In this document: in pieces, positions 1-11,132 of the stretch
Layout of the letters: every line of letters begins with the position of its first letter
Position numbering within the stretch: position 1 is the stretch's first letter
Translations under genes and position numbers: made by a program
Notes under the pieces: model-generated
The model's input: only the letters and a program-made list of their open reading frames with translations
Database searches by the model: none
What the model was told of the DNA's origin: nothing
DNA from: Opitutales bacterium
GTDB taxonomy: Bacteria; Verrucomicrobiota; Verrucomicrobiia; Opitutales; Coraliomargaritaceae
DNA length: 32,000 nucleotides
Direction: 5' to 3'
Assembly (NCBI GenBank): GCA_049606355.1
Contig: JBMYVL010000003.1
Span: 150,001 to 182,000 of the forward strand

Positions 1-936
1 GCGAATCGAGCGAACAAAATCGGCCTCGACCTGCCAGCCAACACTTTGCTCGCGAGACAGGGTTATTTTGCGCTCCTCCGTAGCTCCAGCGGCCGCGAAA
101 AATAATTGCTTCTGGATCGCGTCAAAACGAAGCGCGCCCTGTGAGCCATTGATCCGAAACTCCATGCGCGGCTTGCCTGACTCGACGCCACTGAAGTGAT
201 AGACTAGACGTGCCGCCGACTTTGCCCAACGCCCGAACACACTCAAACTGTCGGGGAGCTCAACCGGCAGTAACTGCGGGTCATCGGCATAGGCACGGCT
301 GGGCTGAAAAATCGCGCCGTCGGCGAGCAGCCATGCGGGCTCGTCTTCGACCCAGCGCTGCACCGTCTCGTGCATAATCCCCATCGTCAAAATATTCTTA
401 CCGCTGAGCGTACGGTCTTGGCGCCAAGTCATCGGTGCATCCGGATCTGCGAGGTGCCCGCCGGTGTGGACCACACGTACTTCGAGCAAGCGTCCGATAT
501 GACCGTCGGCTAGCATGGCACGAATTGTCGCATCAAAATCCAACGAAAAGGGAGCCGGTACCAACTGAGCAATCTGCTTGGGGTGCGCGCGCGCCGCCGC
601 ATACATCCGCTGCGCTTCGTCGAGATCACTTGCCATGCGTGCCTCACAGAGCACGTGCTTACCCGCCTGCAAGGCAGCAATCGTGGCTTCCGCATGTAAA
701 TAAGGCCACGTACCAATACAGACCGCGTCGATCGTGGGGTCCGCTACGATCGCACGCCAATCCTCCGCAACTGCGGTAATGCCGTATTGGGATGCGACCG
801 CTTGCGACGAGGCCGGAGTTCGATTGGCAACCAAGGCCAACTCCACGTTCTCCAATTTTTGGAAGCCTGGCAGATGCATTTGGCGGGTATTGGCCCCCGC
901 GCCGATCAATCCCACACGTAATTTAGGCTGCGTCAT
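1..936 (-). CDS. Gfo/Idh/MocA-family NAD(P)-dependent oxidoreductase; C-terminus runs off the left window edge
   Basis: Absent from the ORF track because it is open at the edge. My translation of the reverse strand from the ATG (complement of 934-936) gives [40 protein letters not shown]...[32 protein letters not shown]... The frame stays open to nt 1 (312 codons). It has the N-terminal GxGxxG Rossmann motif and the typical family layout. The start codon directly abuts the lolD stop (937-939). Confidence 0.8.
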   Translation of the reverse strand, partial: MTQPKLRVGLIGAGANTRQMHLPGFQKLENVELALVANRTPASSQAVASQYGITAVAEDWRAIVADPTIDAVCIGTWPYLHAEATIAALQAGKHVLCEARMASDLDEAQRMYAAARAHPKQIAQLVPAPFSLDFDATIRAMLADGHIGRLLEVRVVHTGGHLADPDAPMTWRQDRTLSGKNILTMGIMHETVQRWVEDEPAWLLADGAIFQPSRAYADDPQLLPVELPDSLSVFGRWAKSAARLVYHFSGVESGKPRMEFRINGSQGALRFDAIQKQLFFAAAGATEERKITLSREQSVGWQVEADFVRSIR

Positions 937-1638
937 TTAGGTCGAACGTAGGCAGCCTAAGTGCAAGGTCAACTGGCGTTGTGTACACGCGGCAAATTCA
1001 GGATTATGCGTGACCAGAATGAGACTTTTGTCCGCTTCGTTCACCAGTTCTAAAAGGAGCCCCATCACCGCTTCTCCCGTCGCTTCATCCAAATTGCCGG
1101 TTGGCTCATCCGCCATGATGAGCGGCGGATCATTGATGAGCGCTCGGGCCACCGCCACGCGCTGGCGTTCGCCACCGGAAAGTTTGGTCGCATTGTGCTG
1201 CAGGCGATGCCCCATGCCGACGCGCTTCAGCAAATCAATCGCCCGCCCCCGCACTGACGCAGTTACCGCCCCGGCAATGCGGGCGCTCAGTAGTACATTT
1301 TCCAACGCAGTGAGCTCGGGCGCCAGATAGTAGGCCTGAAAAACAAAACCAATATAATGTGTGCGCAGGCGAGCCAAGGACCCTAAGGAGCGGCCTGCGA
1401 CGCCCTCCCCCTGCCACTGCAGCTCTCCGGCATCCGCAACTTCTAAGCCGGAAAGAACATTCAGTAAGGTGGATTTCCCACTGCCGGACTCCCCGCGTAT
1501 GCTCACGCTTTCGCCGCTGTTTAAATTGAAATCGACACCCTTGAGCACCGGGATACGACCCTCTGGCGCCGGAAAGGTCTTAACGAGGCCACGCGCGGCG
1601 AGTAAGGGCTGAGTCGAATTATTCACTGCGGAGGGCAT
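937..1638 (-). CDS. lolD: ABC transporter ATP-binding protein, LolD-like (lipoprotein release)
   Basis: 233 aa with Walker [13 protein letters not shown] signature [15 protein letters not shown] and Walker [13 protein letters not shown]. It lies downstream of, and overlaps by 20 nt, a LolC/E-type permease gene. Confidence 0.85.
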   Translation of the reverse strand: MPSAVNNSTQPLLAARGLVKTFPAPEGRIPVLKGVDFNLNSGESVSIRGESGSGKSTLLNVLSGLEVADAGELQWQGEGVAGRSLGSLARLRTHYIGFVFQAYYLAPELTALENVLLSARIAGAVTASVRGRAIDLLKRVGMGHRLQHNATKLSGGERQRVAVARALINDPPLIMADEPTGNLDEATGEAVMGLLLELVNEADKSLILVTHNPEFAACTQRQLTLHLGCLRST

Positions 1639-2851
1639 CGGCGGGGTTGAGTAAAGCGGCGCGCAGCGCAGGTACGAGGCCGGCTAAGGTTGAGATCATC
1701 ACAGCAAAACAAGTCACGGTAATAAAATCCTTGGTCAAATAATGAACCGGCAGCGCGTAGACATCATAGATGCCGAGGAAGTTCAGTTGGTTGCCGGTCA
1801 GTCGCGCATACAGCCCGAGAATCGGCACCCGATAGTGAAGCGCGAGGAGCGCCATACCAATCCCGGACGCAGTGCCGAGCACCCCGATGATCAGGCCTTG
1901 CAGGCAAAAACTCAGCGCGATCTGCCGCGGGCGAGCCCCCATGGCAATCAATAGGCCAATTTCTCGAGTCTTGCGAATGACGGCCATCATCAGCGCGATC
2001 GCAATGGAGAACGAAGCGACCAAAATAATAAAGATAATGATAAACGAGATCACCAGCTTCTCCTGCCGAATGACAAAAAGAAAATCTTCGTTCGCTTCCA
2101 ACCAACTGATCGGCTGTAGGCCGGCTCGCAGCACCGACGTTTGCAACTGCTGCGCATAAGCTTGCGCGGCTACACCTGGCTTGAGCTTGACGACCACACC
2201 ATGCACCCCTTCGTCCAGTCCGTAGAGTTCCTGCATCACACGCAACGTACACAGCATGGTATTGCCATCTACGGCAGGAGATCCGGTGCGGAATAAGCCC
2301 AAAACCGTAAACTCACGCGGCAGCAGTACTTCGTCTTCCTTCAACCGCTCCAGCATCAGTGGCGTGAAGACTTCGACTACGGAACCGGGGCCCGCCTGGA
2401 GAGCATAGGCCAGCCCTTCACCCAGGAACACACCGCCGTCATCAAAATCATCCAAATCACCCCGCGTTAAAAATTTGCGCACCGGCACCACCGATTCTTC
2501 AACTTGCGGGTCAATGCCGCGCACCATCGGAAATTGCGGCCGCGCACCATGCTGCAGCATGATCACCCCCTCTGCATAAGGTGCCGCCGCCAGTACTTCT
2601 GCTTGGGCTTCCAACTGAGCTACCAACTCTGGCCAATCATAAATCACCTCGTTGGAGCGAATCCGAATATCGCCCTGTGTTTCTACAATGCGCGCACGGA
2701 TGTTTTCTCCGAAGCCGTTCATCACACTTTGTACGATAATCAGCACGCAGACTCCCAGCATGACGCCCAGAATCGACATGAGGGAGAAAAATGAGAAACA
2801 ACGCCCCGAAGGAAACAGCTGCTTCAACGCGTGGTAGAGGTACCAAGGCAT
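1619..2851 (-). CDS. LolC/LolE-family (FtsX/MacB-type) lipoprotein-release permease
   Basis: 410 aa. It has an N-terminal TM helix, a large periplasmic domain, and a C-terminal FtsX-like 3-TM bundle ([16 protein letters not shown] motif). It is paired with lolD. Confidence 0.85.
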   Translation of the reverse strand: MPWYLYHALKQLFPSGRCFSFFSLMSILGVMLGVCVLIIVQSVMNGFGENIRARIVETQGDIRIRSNEVIYDWPELVAQLEAQAEVLAAAPYAEGVIMLQHGARPQFPMVRGIDPQVEESVVPVRKFLTRGDLDDFDDGGVFLGEGLAYALQAGPGSVVEVFTPLMLERLKEDEVLLPREFTVLGLFRTGSPAVDGNTMLCTLRVMQELYGLDEGVHGVVVKLKPGVAAQAYAQQLQTSVLRAGLQPISWLEANEDFLFVIRQEKLVISFIIIFIILVASFSIAIALMMAVIRKTREIGLLIAMGARPRQIALSFCLQGLIIGVLGTASGIGMALLALHYRVPILGLYARLTGNQLNFLGIYDVYALPVHYLTKDFITVTCFAVMISTLAGLVPALRAALLNPADALRSE

Positions 2852-2942
2852 CTAGCTAGTTTGTTTCGATACCCTAGCTCAGGGGAAGCGTAAAAACACT
2901 CCTTTCGAGAAGAATTTTGAAACTTAACAAATCCATCCAGCG

Positions 2943-4472
2943 ATGTATGGTTCCAATACGATGCCCCTAGATCCACCTACCCCAGACACGCTCCCCATCA
3001 ATGAGGCATGGCAGCCGTTGCCCCCGGATCAGTGGCGCGAGGATGCCGCCGCGCACTTGCTGCGACGCATTAGCTTTTCGGCAAACCCTGCGATCGTTCG
3101 CTCTATCTTGAAACACCCGATTCGTCGGGTGCTCTCCCGTTTTTATGGCGAGACACGCCCACTAAAAACCAGCGCTGCCTGCGAAGCATTTGCAGCCAGT
3201 CTGCCGCAGGCCTATTTCGAACTCTACAACACAATCAAGGACCCGAAAGAACGGCGCCAACGCAGGCAGCAACTCAACCGCGAGAACAACAAGTTCTTCC
3301 GCGAGTTTGCCATGGATTGGTACGCCCATGCACGCGACGAAGCCAACAGCGCACAAGAAAAATTTGTCCTCTTTCTGCACGACATCCTGGTCATCGACCG
3401 CCGCAAGGTGCGTGACGCGCCGACCCTGATCGACTTTCAGCATCTCTTACGGAAAGGAATCCAGACCACCTACCCACAGCTGTGTAAAGCGGTCAGTCGC
3501 CACCCCGGCATGTTAATCTATCTGGACCTTAAAGAAAGTACGGCCCAAAAACCCAATGAAAACTTTGCTCGCGAGTTATTCGAACTCTTCGTCCTTGGGG
3601 AAGGCAATTACACCGAGACCGACGTCAAAGAGGCCGCGCGCGCGTTCACTGGCCATCGCTTGCGCAAACGCACCGTCTATTCGTTTAATCCGCGCGCGCA
3701 CGACTCGGGCCTAAAAACTATTTTCGGCCAACGCGGCCGGTGGAATGGCGATGCGGTGATTGACCTTGCCTTTCAACAACCCGCGGCACGTACCTTTTTT
3801 ATACGAGAGCTACTCAAGTTTTATTTAACCGATGGCGAACTGCCGCATGAGGCGTATATTGAAGCGCTTGGTGAGCAATGGGCGGCACACAACTTTCAGA
3901 TTCGCTACCTGATCTTTACTATCTTTGAAAGCCGGCTGTTCTTCCATCCCGCTTATCGTGGCAATCAAGTCAAAAGCCCCACGCAGTTTTATATCGGCCT
4001 CTGCCAGGACCTGAATCTCGCAATCGTGCCCTTTCAAGGGCGCTTGCTACAAAGTATGCGAAGCATGGGGCAGGATTTCTACAACCCACCAAACGTGCGC
4101 GGTTGGCAGTATGGCCAGCATTGGATCAACTCCACGACGATTCGAGCGCGCCGCCAAGTCGTCGACTATGCCTTCAGCCCCTTGTATGAAAATTATTTGA
4201 ATGGAAATGAGAAGAAAGCGCTGGCGGATGCGCGCGCGGCGAATCAGAGCAATTTCAAAATCTCTGAGGATCGGCTCAAGCCACTGTTGGCACAGAGCAA
4301 CGCAGCACTGACCCAACATCTGTGCAACTTTTTCATAACCGAACGCTTCCGAGACACATACCAAACCCGCGTGAGTGAGCTCATCGGAGACACGGCAGCG
4401 AAGGGCGCGCTCAACCGCACGCGGAACACCCTGATGGCACTCCTGCAATCCCCCGCCTACAATCTCTGCTGA
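2943..4472 (+). CDS. DUF1800 family protein
   Basis: 509 aa. Recalled family motifs are present: AAHLLRRISFSA, MLIYLDLKES...KPNENFARELFELFVLGEGNYTETDVKEAARAFTGH. A DUF1501 gene follows 5 nt later, which is the classic pairing. Confidence 0.85.
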   Translation: MYGSNTMPLDPPTPDTLPINEAWQPLPPDQWREDAAAHLLRRISFSANPAIVRSILKHPIRRVLSRFYGETRPLKTSAACEAFAASLPQAYFELYNTIKDPKERRQRRQQLNRENNKFFREFAMDWYAHARDEANSAQEKFVLFLHDILVIDRRKVRDAPTLIDFQHLLRKGIQTTYPQLCKAVSRHPGMLIYLDLKESTAQKPNENFARELFELFVLGEGNYTETDVKEAARAFTGHRLRKRTVYSFNPRAHDSGLKTIFGQRGRWNGDAVIDLAFQQPAARTFFIRELLKFYLTDGELPHEAYIEALGEQWAAHNFQIRYLIFTIFESRLFFHPAYRGNQVKSPTQFYIGLCQDLNLAIVPFQGRLLQSMRSMGQDFYNPPNVRGWQYGQHWINSTTIRARRQVVDYAFSPLYENYLNGNEKKALADARAANQSNFKISEDRLKPLLAQSNAALTQHLCNFFITERFRDTYQTRVSELIGDTAAKGALNRTRNTLMALLQSPAYNLC

Positions 4473-4477
4473 AAACC

Positions 4478-5716
4478 ATGAAACAACCCGACCCCTCACT
4501 TCCTCTGACCCGCCGTGAATTTCTTCGTGGTGCCAGCGGCATCGGCTTTATGGCTTTCAGTGGCTTTGCCCCGGCCTTTCTGGCGCGCAGTGCCATGGCG
4601 CAAAATCCGGCGCCGGAGAAAGATCGGACGATTCTCGTCATCATTCAGCTCGCGGGCGGCAACGACGGGCTCAATACCGTCATCCCTCACGTCGACGACA
4701 ACTATTACAAACTACGCCCTAACCTGGCGCTCCGCAAAGGACTGCTGCCCCTCGACGACCACCAGGCACTGCACCCGGCGTTGGGCGGCTTGCACCGGCT
4801 CTTCGATTCGGATCGACTCGCGATTGTCCAAAACGTCGGCTATCCGAATCCAAATCGCAGCCATTTTCGCTCTACGGAAATCTGGGAAACCGCGAGCGAC
4901 GGAGACAGTTATCACAGCAGCGGGTGGCTGGGGCGCTACCTCGACAATACCTGCAGTGGCACACCGACTCCCGAAGCCGACCCAGCAGCAATCCACATCG
5001 GCGACATTACTCCACAGAGCTACCTCGCCGAACAGCCACAAGCGATCTTTGGCGTGCAAGCCAAAGGGCGCCTAAAAGGCCGTCGCACTCTGGCAGATCA
5101 TGCCTTCGAAGAACTGCTCGACACCGAGCACAACGAAGGCAATGCCAGTTACTTACAGCAAACGATGCTGAATACCCACATCACGGAGCGGCGGATTGAA
5201 ACGATCATCGCGCGCTATAAGCCCGCAGTCCCTTACCCCAAGACGCCGCTCGGCAAGGCCCTCTTGCGCATTTCCGCACTGATTCATGCCGATGCTGAAA
5301 CCCGCCTCTATTTTGCCTCGCAGGGGGGCTACGACACCCATGTACGGCAATTGAACAATCACGCTCGCCTACTGGGGCAGCTGTCGGATGCGATGGCTGC
5401 CTTTCAAGCGGATCTGGCCGCCAACCGTAAAGACGATCAGGTACTGACCATGACTTTTTCTGAATTTGGACGCCGTCCTGCAGAAAACGGCAGTCGTGGT
5501 ACCGATCATGGCACCGCAGCCCCACTCTTTGTAATGGGTAAAAACGTGAACGGCGGGCTGATTGGCAGCGCACCGGACTTAAACCTTAGAGCCAAACAAG
5601 ACCTCCGCTACAGCACCGATTTTCGCGGCGTATACTCGACCATCCTGGACCAATGGCTGCAGAGTGACTCCACGCACATTTTAGGTGAACGATTCAATCC
5701 AGTACCCTTTATTTAA
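4478..5716 (+). CDS. DUF1501 family protein (sulfatase/alkaline-phosphatase-like fold), Tat-exported
   Basis: 412 aa. It has a twin-arginine signal (TRREFLRGASGIGF) and the motifs GGNDGLNTVIP, GYPNPNRSHFRSTEIWETA, GGYDTH and FSEFGRRPAENGSRGTDHGTAAPLFVMG. Confidence 0.9.
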   Translation: MKQPDPSLPLTRREFLRGASGIGFMAFSGFAPAFLARSAMAQNPAPEKDRTILVIIQLAGGNDGLNTVIPHVDDNYYKLRPNLALRKGLLPLDDHQALHPALGGLHRLFDSDRLAIVQNVGYPNPNRSHFRSTEIWETASDGDSYHSSGWLGRYLDNTCSGTPTPEADPAAIHIGDITPQSYLAEQPQAIFGVQAKGRLKGRRTLADHAFEELLDTEHNEGNASYLQQTMLNTHITERRIETIIARYKPAVPYPKTPLGKALLRISALIHADAETRLYFASQGGYDTHVRQLNNHARLLGQLSDAMAAFQADLAANRKDDQVLTMTFSEFGRRPAENGSRGTDHGTAAPLFVMGKNVNGGLIGSAPDLNLRAKQDLRYSTDFRGVYSTILDQWLQSDSTHILGERFNPVPFI

Positions 5717-5813
5717 AGGGCTCAAAAAACTTTGAGAAAGCACTTTACATAGACGCCACATCGGCGTTTTCTGTCGCTTCTTCAAACCACTGCTCCTGTT
5801 TGAAGCCACAAAT

Positions 5814-5895
<82 letters not shown>

Positions 5896-5901
5896 TTTAA
5901 A

Positions 5902-5930
5902 AGCCTCCGACAGCCGTCGGAGGCTTTTTT
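5902..5930 (+). terminator. Rho-independent terminator after tRNA-Met
   Basis: GCCTCCGAC (5903-5911), loop AGCC, GTCGGAGGC (5916-5924), followed by TTTTTT (5925-5930). Confidence 0.8.
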
Positions 5931-6134
5931 ATGCCAAATGCCCTCAGCTGGACCCAGCTCAGTCTCGTTGAGCAGCCGCAGGCCACCGGCCCTCAGATCG
6001 AACTCTTAGTACGCGGCATCCGCGGACGACGCTCGTTTCATTGCGCTCCACTTCCGAGGCCTCTGGCCGACAAGACCGGATGCGTAGCAGACCGGAACAA
6101 CCCTCTGCTCGATTTCGCTCGCCTTTAATTTTCG

Positions 6135-6155
6135 AATAGCGGAGCAGGAGGGATT
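6135..6155 (-). repeat. Degenerate copy (18/21) of the 3' end of the adjacent tRNA-Ser
   Basis: AATAGCGGAGCAGGAGGGATT (6135-6155) versus AATGGCGGAGAGGGAGGGATT (6228-6248, tRNA-Ser acceptor 3' strand plus half the T-arm). Same orientation, 93 nt apart. Confidence 0.6.
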
Positions 6156-6227
6156 GCTGCGCCATCTCCGCTTCGCTCCGTCGAACAAGTTCTCATCCCT
6201 CGTTGAACTTCAAGCATTTGCTTCGCA

Positions 6228-6320
<93 letters not shown>

Positions 6321-6375
6321 AGGGAAAGCCGCTGAACAAAGGCGGCGCGCTTGAACAGGTCAACAGAAAACATTC

Positions 6376-7713
6376 TTGGAAACGGATGTCGAAAGGGTCA
6401 TAGCTAAGTCAATGATGTGCCTCTACCGCCTGCTGTTTTTGCCCGCGCTGCTGCTCGCGCTGCCGTATTATTTGCTGCGCATGTGGCGCCGTGGCGGCTA
6501 TCGCAAAGACTTTCAGCACCGCTTGGGGCGCTTTCACCGACTCCCTCCTCCCAGCGCGAAGGTGCGGCGTTTTTGGCTGCAAGCGGTCAGCGTGGGTGAA
6601 GTGTTGGCGATCGGTCCCTTAATTGATGCGCTCCAAGCCCACGGGGATGTGGAAATTGTCCTCACGACCACCACCAGCACCGGCTACGCGGAAGCCCGCA
6701 AGCGTTACTCCGAAACGGTCCTCGCCATCGGCCTTTTCCCTCTCGATTTTTGGCTTTTTTCACGCTGGGCATGGCAACGCATTCAACCCGATGCGGTGCT
6801 CCTCACGGAAAGTGAATTGTGGCCGGAGCACCTGCACCAAGCGCAGTGCCATAAGGTGCCGGCTTTCTTAATCAACGCCCGCCTGTCCGACCGCAGTTAT
6901 AGGCGCTACCAAAAGCTGCGCCCACTCGCGCAAGGCCTGATTCACAAACTCGAGCACGTATTTACTGCGAGTGAGCCGGACCAAGCCCGCTTTCTGGAAC
7001 TCGGCGCCGAATCCGCGCGAACCACCTGCACCGGCAACATTAAATTTGATGTCCCACTCCCGGCTCTGCTTACGGAGCCTGAACGCCAGCGCTTGCGCGA
7101 AGCATTGGGCTTCCCCGAGGGCGATGCGATCCTACTCGGCTCGTCCACCTGGCCAGGCGAAGAGGCCTGCCTGATAAGGACACAACAAGCCCTTTTGCAG
7201 TCCGGTATCGCTTGCAGCCTACTCCTGGTACCCCGCCATGCCGAACGCGGTGACGAGATCGCGCAACTACTCAAACAACAACCACTGCCCTGGCAGCAGC
7301 GCAGCAAGAGCAGCACAAGCACGCACTCCGTCCGTATCCACCTAGCGGATACAACCGGAGAGCTCACACAGCTCAGTCAACTCGCCGATCTGGCCTTCAT
7401 CGGCAAAAGTCTACCGCCTAACAACGGCGGCCAGACACCCATTGAGGCTGCAGGCCTCGGCATCCCGCTGCTAATGGGCCCCCAGATGAATAATTTCAAA
7501 TCCGTTGCGTCCTCACTGATTGCTGCAGGTGCAGCCTGCAGCGTGACCGACGCAGACGACCTGCAGCGTGAATGCCAGCGCCTCTTAGGCGATGCCAAGG
7601 TGCGGACAGGCATGCAGCATGCCGCACAAGCGTGGTACCAAAGCAACCAAGGGAGCAGTCAACAGATTGCCGACTGTATCCGCGCCAAGCGAGAACCTAG
7701 AACACAAGTATGA
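6376..7713 (+). CDS. waaA: 3-deoxy-D-manno-octulosonic acid (Kdo) transferase
   Basis: 445-aa ORF. It has an N-terminal membrane anchor, then WLQAVSVGEV...TTTTSTG and the C-terminal GT-B motifs LLVPRHAERG and GGQTPIEAAGLGIPLLMGP typical of KdtA/WaaA. The track start at 6376 is TTG; the ATG-ATG at 6412-6417 is the more likely start. Confidence 0.85.
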   Translation: METDVERVIAKSMMCLYRLLFLPALLLALPYYLLRMWRRGGYRKDFQHRLGRFHRLPPPSAKVRRFWLQAVSVGEVLAIGPLIDALQAHGDVEIVLTTTTSTGYAEARKRYSETVLAIGLFPLDFWLFSRWAWQRIQPDAVLLTESELWPEHLHQAQCHKVPAFLINARLSDRSYRRYQKLRPLAQGLIHKLEHVFTASEPDQARFLELGAESARTTCTGNIKFDVPLPALLTEPERQRLREALGFPEGDAILLGSSTWPGEEACLIRTQQALLQSGIACSLLLVPRHAERGDEIAQLLKQQPLPWQQRSKSSTSTHSVRIHLADTTGELTQLSQLADLAFIGKSLPPNNGGQTPIEAAGLGIPLLMGPQMNNFKSVASSLIAAGAACSVTDADDLQRECQRLLGDAKVRTGMQHAAQAWYQSNQGSSQQIADCIRAKREPRTQV

Positions 7714-7788
7714 TTTCGTATTGCCCGAAGTGCGCAGTCCATACCCGCGACCAGCACTGCGGCCACGCTGCCCGTTCTATAGTGAGAC

Positions 7789-10026
7789 TTGCCCTACGGG
7801 ACAGCCTGTAACAGTGTCATCGACGAACACCTCCTCACCGTGCCACATTCCAGCCAGCATTCGACCCGCTACCCCTACTTCAACCGTGAGTTGAGTTGGC
7901 TTGCGTTCAATCGACGCGTGCTGGAGCAAGCCGAGGGCAGCGACTACCCACTGCTGGAGCGTATGAAGTTTCTCGCCTTCGTGAGCTCAAACTTGGATGA
8001 ATTTTTTGAGATCCGGGTTGCCGGTCTGATGCAGCAAGTCAAGTCCGGTGTGATTGAGCGCGGGGCCGATGGACTGGGCCCCAAAGAACAGCTGCGCCGG
8101 ATCCAAAGCATCGCCAAGCGATTGGTTGCGGATCAGTACACTTGCTGGCACCAACAAATTGTGCCCGCATTAGAGGCCGAGCAGATCAAATTCTGCGCCT
8201 ACGATGCATTGACCCGCAACGAGAAACAATGGGTGGCGCAGTATTTCGAAGAGCAGATCTTTCCGGTACTTACACCGCTCGCGATTGACCCCGCCCATCC
8301 CTTTCCTCAGCTGACCAACAAAGCCCTGTACATTTTAGCGTCCATCGATGACCCGGAAACCGCGGTCATCGAACGCCTGATGGCGATTATACCGGTACCA
8401 CGGATCCTTCCGCGCATCGTTCGTATTGGAGTGCCACGACGCGGCCACCCCGAAGTGTACATCGGGCTCAGCGACATCATCCAGCGATACGTCAAACGGC
8501 TGTTTAATGGTTACCGGGTGCGCTCGGCAGTTCCCTTCCGCATCACACGCAACAGCGACCTTTACATCGACGAAGAGGAAATCGTCAATCTGCTCAGTAA
8601 AATTGAGGAGGAACTCATCAACCGCGAGAAAGGCGCAGCGGTGCGACTTGAGATCGCAGAAGGGGCCGACCCGGTATTACAACAGGAACTGTTGGATGCC
8701 CTCGAGCTGAAGCCCGACAACACCTACACCATTCAAGGACCGTTAAATTTAGCGCGCCTGATGAGCGCTTACGAGCTAATCGAACGGCCGGACCTTAAGT
8801 TCAGCCCCCATGTGCCTTATATCGATCCGGATCTGGAAACAGCCGATCGGCTATTTGAGCACATTCGTAAAAAGGACTATTTGCTCCATCAACCGTACGA
8901 CAGTTTTCAACCCTTCGTCGACTTCATCACTCAAGCGGCGCAGGACCCGGCGGTCTTATCCATCAAACAAACCCTGTACCGAACGTCGGGTGATTCACCC
9001 TTAGTCGAAGCCTTAAAGGAAGCCTCTCGGAACGGCAAACAAGTCACCGTTCTCGTTGAGCTGAAGGCGCGCTTCGACGAGGCAAATAACATCCGCTGGG
9101 CCCGCCAACTTGAAGATGTTGGTGTGCATGTCGTGTATGGTTTGGTCGGTCTGAAAACGCACTGCAAGGCTTGCATGGTCGTCCGCCGCGAGGGCAGCAA
9201 ACTCTGCCATTATGTCCATCTCGGCACGGGCAACTATAACAATAAAACCGCCAAGCTGTACACCGACCTGAGTTTATTTACTGCCCGCGAGTCGATCACC
9301 GCGGAAGTCGCCAAGCTCTTCAACACCCTCACCGGCTTCGCACTGAAGCCTACATTCAAAAAGCTGCTGGTAGCTCCCTTTAATCTACAGACCTCAATTT
9401 TACGCTTTATACAAACCGAGACACGCAACGCACGGGCCGGCAAACCAGCGCGTATCGTCGTCAAGGCCAATAGTTTGGTCGACCAGGAAACCATTGACCA
9501 CCTCTATCGTGCATCCCAAGCCGGCGTAAAAATCGATCTAATTATCCGCGGCATTTGTAACCTCGTTCCGAAAGTCAAAGGTCTCAGCGATACAATACGC
9601 GTGCACAGCATACTCGGACGCTATTTGGAACATAGCCGAATTTATTATTTTGAAAATGCCAGTGGGGCTCAGCCACGTATCTATGCCGGCAGTGCCGATT
9701 GGATGCCCCGTAATTTCTATCGCCGTATTGAAGTGGTTTTTCCCTTGGAGGATCCGGACATCCGCCAACGTATTGTGGATATTTTAGACACCTACACCAA
9801 AGATAACCTGCATGCCCGCAGTCTAAGTGCCAACGGTTCCTACCGGCGGCGCAAACGTCCGAATAACGAAGCACAGCTGGTCTCCGCTCAGGATCACTTC
9901 CGCACGCAGGCGGAACAGCGCCGCCAACTACTTGAAAAGCAAAACGAGAGCGAGCCAAGCCTGCAGGCACACACGCCCTTCGCTCGTGAAGCAGCGGCCG
10001 ATGCGGGCAGTGAATCGCCTGGATAA
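7789..10026 (+). CDS. ppk: Polyphosphate kinase 1
   Basis: 745-aa [23 protein letters not shown]-terminal signature, two PLD-like HKD-type regions and full PPK1 architecture. The start is uncertain because there is no in-frame ATG upstream of the conserved N-terminus. Candidates are TTG 7789 or GTG 7840. Confidence 0.95.
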   Translation: MPYGTACNSVIDEHLLTVPHSSQHSTRYPYFNRELSWLAFNRRVLEQAEGSDYPLLERMKFLAFVSSNLDEFFEIRVAGLMQQVKSGVIERGADGLGPKEQLRRIQSIAKRLVADQYTCWHQQIVPALEAEQIKFCAYDALTRNEKQWVAQYFEEQIFPVLTPLAIDPAHPFPQLTNKALYILASIDDPETAVIERLMAIIPVPRILPRIVRIGVPRRGHPEVYIGLSDIIQRYVKRLFNGYRVRSAVPFRITRNSDLYIDEEEIVNLLSKIEEELINREKGAAVRLEIAEGADPVLQQELLDALELKPDNTYTIQGPLNLARLMSAYELIERPDLKFSPHVPYIDPDLETADRLFEHIRKKDYLLHQPYDSFQPFVDFITQAAQDPAVLSIKQTLYRTSGDSPLVEALKEASRNGKQVTVLVELKARFDEANNIRWARQLEDVGVHVVYGLVGLKTHCKACMVVRREGSKLCHYVHLGTGNYNNKTAKLYTDLSLFTARESITAEVAKLFNTLTGFALKPTFKKLLVAPFNLQTSILRFIQTETRNARAGKPARIVVKANSLVDQETIDHLYRASQAGVKIDLIIRGICNLVPKVKGLSDTIRVHSILGRYLEHSRIYYFENASGAQPRIYAGSADWMPRNFYRRIEVVFPLEDPDIRQRIVDILDTYTKDNLHARSLSANGSYRRRKRPNNEAQLVSAQDHFRTQAEQRRQLLEKQNESEPSLQAHTPFAREAAADAGSESPG

Positions 10027-10075
10027 TTGGCTTGCCGCAATAGACCGCGGAGTTTTTGTACCTTGAGTGCGCCAT

Positions 10076-10151
<76 letters not shown>

Positions 10152-10173
10152 GGCCGGCCCAGCAGCGGCTCGA

Positions 10174-10926
10174 CTAAGCACGTAGGATTTCCACTTGATA
10201 CGCTTTGCCGACGCCAGAACAACGTGGGAAGCGGCGACAGATACGATGCATATTGGCCTCGAACTGAGCTCGGTCGAAAGCGGTATTGGTAAATGCCACG
10301 ATGCGATTCTCGTAGCCTTCGATACGGAAGGACCAGACATGCGGAAAACGCGCGCACAAATCCTGGTCTTGCATGGGTGGTAAAAACGGCAGCTTCTCCG
10401 GCTCGATGACATTCATGAGCAAGATTCCGTCCGGGCGCAAACGCCCGGCCAGAGTATGAAACCAGTCGATATCCATGGGCGCGCATCGGATGGGCAAGCC
10501 GGATTCTTCCGCGTACAAATCATCTAAAATGTAATCAAATTGACTGCCCTCGGCACCACCACGCATCCATTCAACCGCATCGGCCGCGATGAGTTCGCAG
10601 CCTTGGCTACACTCAAAAAAACCGTCTGCGATCGTGAGGTGGATTGGGTCCAGCTCCACTCCGACAATGCGCTCGGGTTTCACCAGCTCGGCCAATACGC
10701 GACCCGCCGCGCCTGCGCCAAATCCTAAAATAAGGGCATCCTTGCAGCTTCCCTGCATCCGGTAGAGCGCTGGCAAGACCAGTAAATCCCAAATGCCGCC
10801 GCCCAGCGGGCGGTTTGGATTGAACTGCGAGTGGTGGACCCCATTGCGATATAGCCGCAGGGTCGCCCCCGCCGAGCGGACCTCGTAATGATTTGCTTCA
10901 ATCGCTCGACTCCAAATGACTGCCAT
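10174..10926 (-). CDS. Class I SAM-dependent methyltransferase fold, spermidine/spermine-synthase-like
   Basis: 250 aa. Glycine-rich motif I ALILGFGAGAAGRVL, followed by IVGVELDP and ILDDLY acidic loops. The N-terminal beta-hairpin region (LRLYRNGVHHSQ) resembles the one in spermidine synthases. The exact activity cannot be told from sequence. Confidence 0.6.
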   Translation of the reverse strand: MAVIWSRAIEANHYEVRSAGATLRLYRNGVHHSQFNPNRPLGGGIWDLLVLPALYRMQGSCKDALILGFGAGAAGRVLAELVKPERIVGVELDPIHLTIADGFFECSQGCELIAADAVEWMRGGAEGSQFDYILDDLYAEESGLPIRCAPMDIDWFHTLAGRLRPDGILLMNVIEPEKLPFLPPMQDQDLCARFPHVWSFRIEGYENRIVAFTNTAFDRAQFEANMHRICRRFPRCSGVGKAYQVEILRA

Positions 10927-11132
10927 TGGCTTAAACTGAGGATCGCTGCCTGCAGATCAAGCCTCGAGCATGCGTGACCACTCTGCGCACCTCTCCAAGA
11001 TACCAGCAGTCGTCCAAGTGACGGGAAGCCAGCAGTCGCGCAATTGTAACAAATATGCAACAGAGGCCGCAAAGTTCACAAAAACTTTGACCCCTCGTTC
11101 GGAGACGCGGTTTATAGGATGCATACTCTACC

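Noticed and set aside
435-940. Track ORFs 435-779(+), 510-716(-) and 734-940(+)
   Set aside because: All lie inside the longer edge-truncated Gfo/Idh/MocA reading frame on the minus strand, which has clear family motifs.
7714-7842. Possible 5' truncation or pseudogenisation of ppk, because no ATG precedes the conserved N-terminus
   Set aside because: The frame is intact through all PPK1 domains. In-frame TTG (7789) and GTG (7840) starts are available at a sensible distance from the ELSWL motif.
10927-11132. Sigma-70-like TTGACC ... TTATAG upstream of the LpxH-like gene
   Set aside because: The spacer is 19-20 nt, too long for a confident call. It is not reported as a feature.
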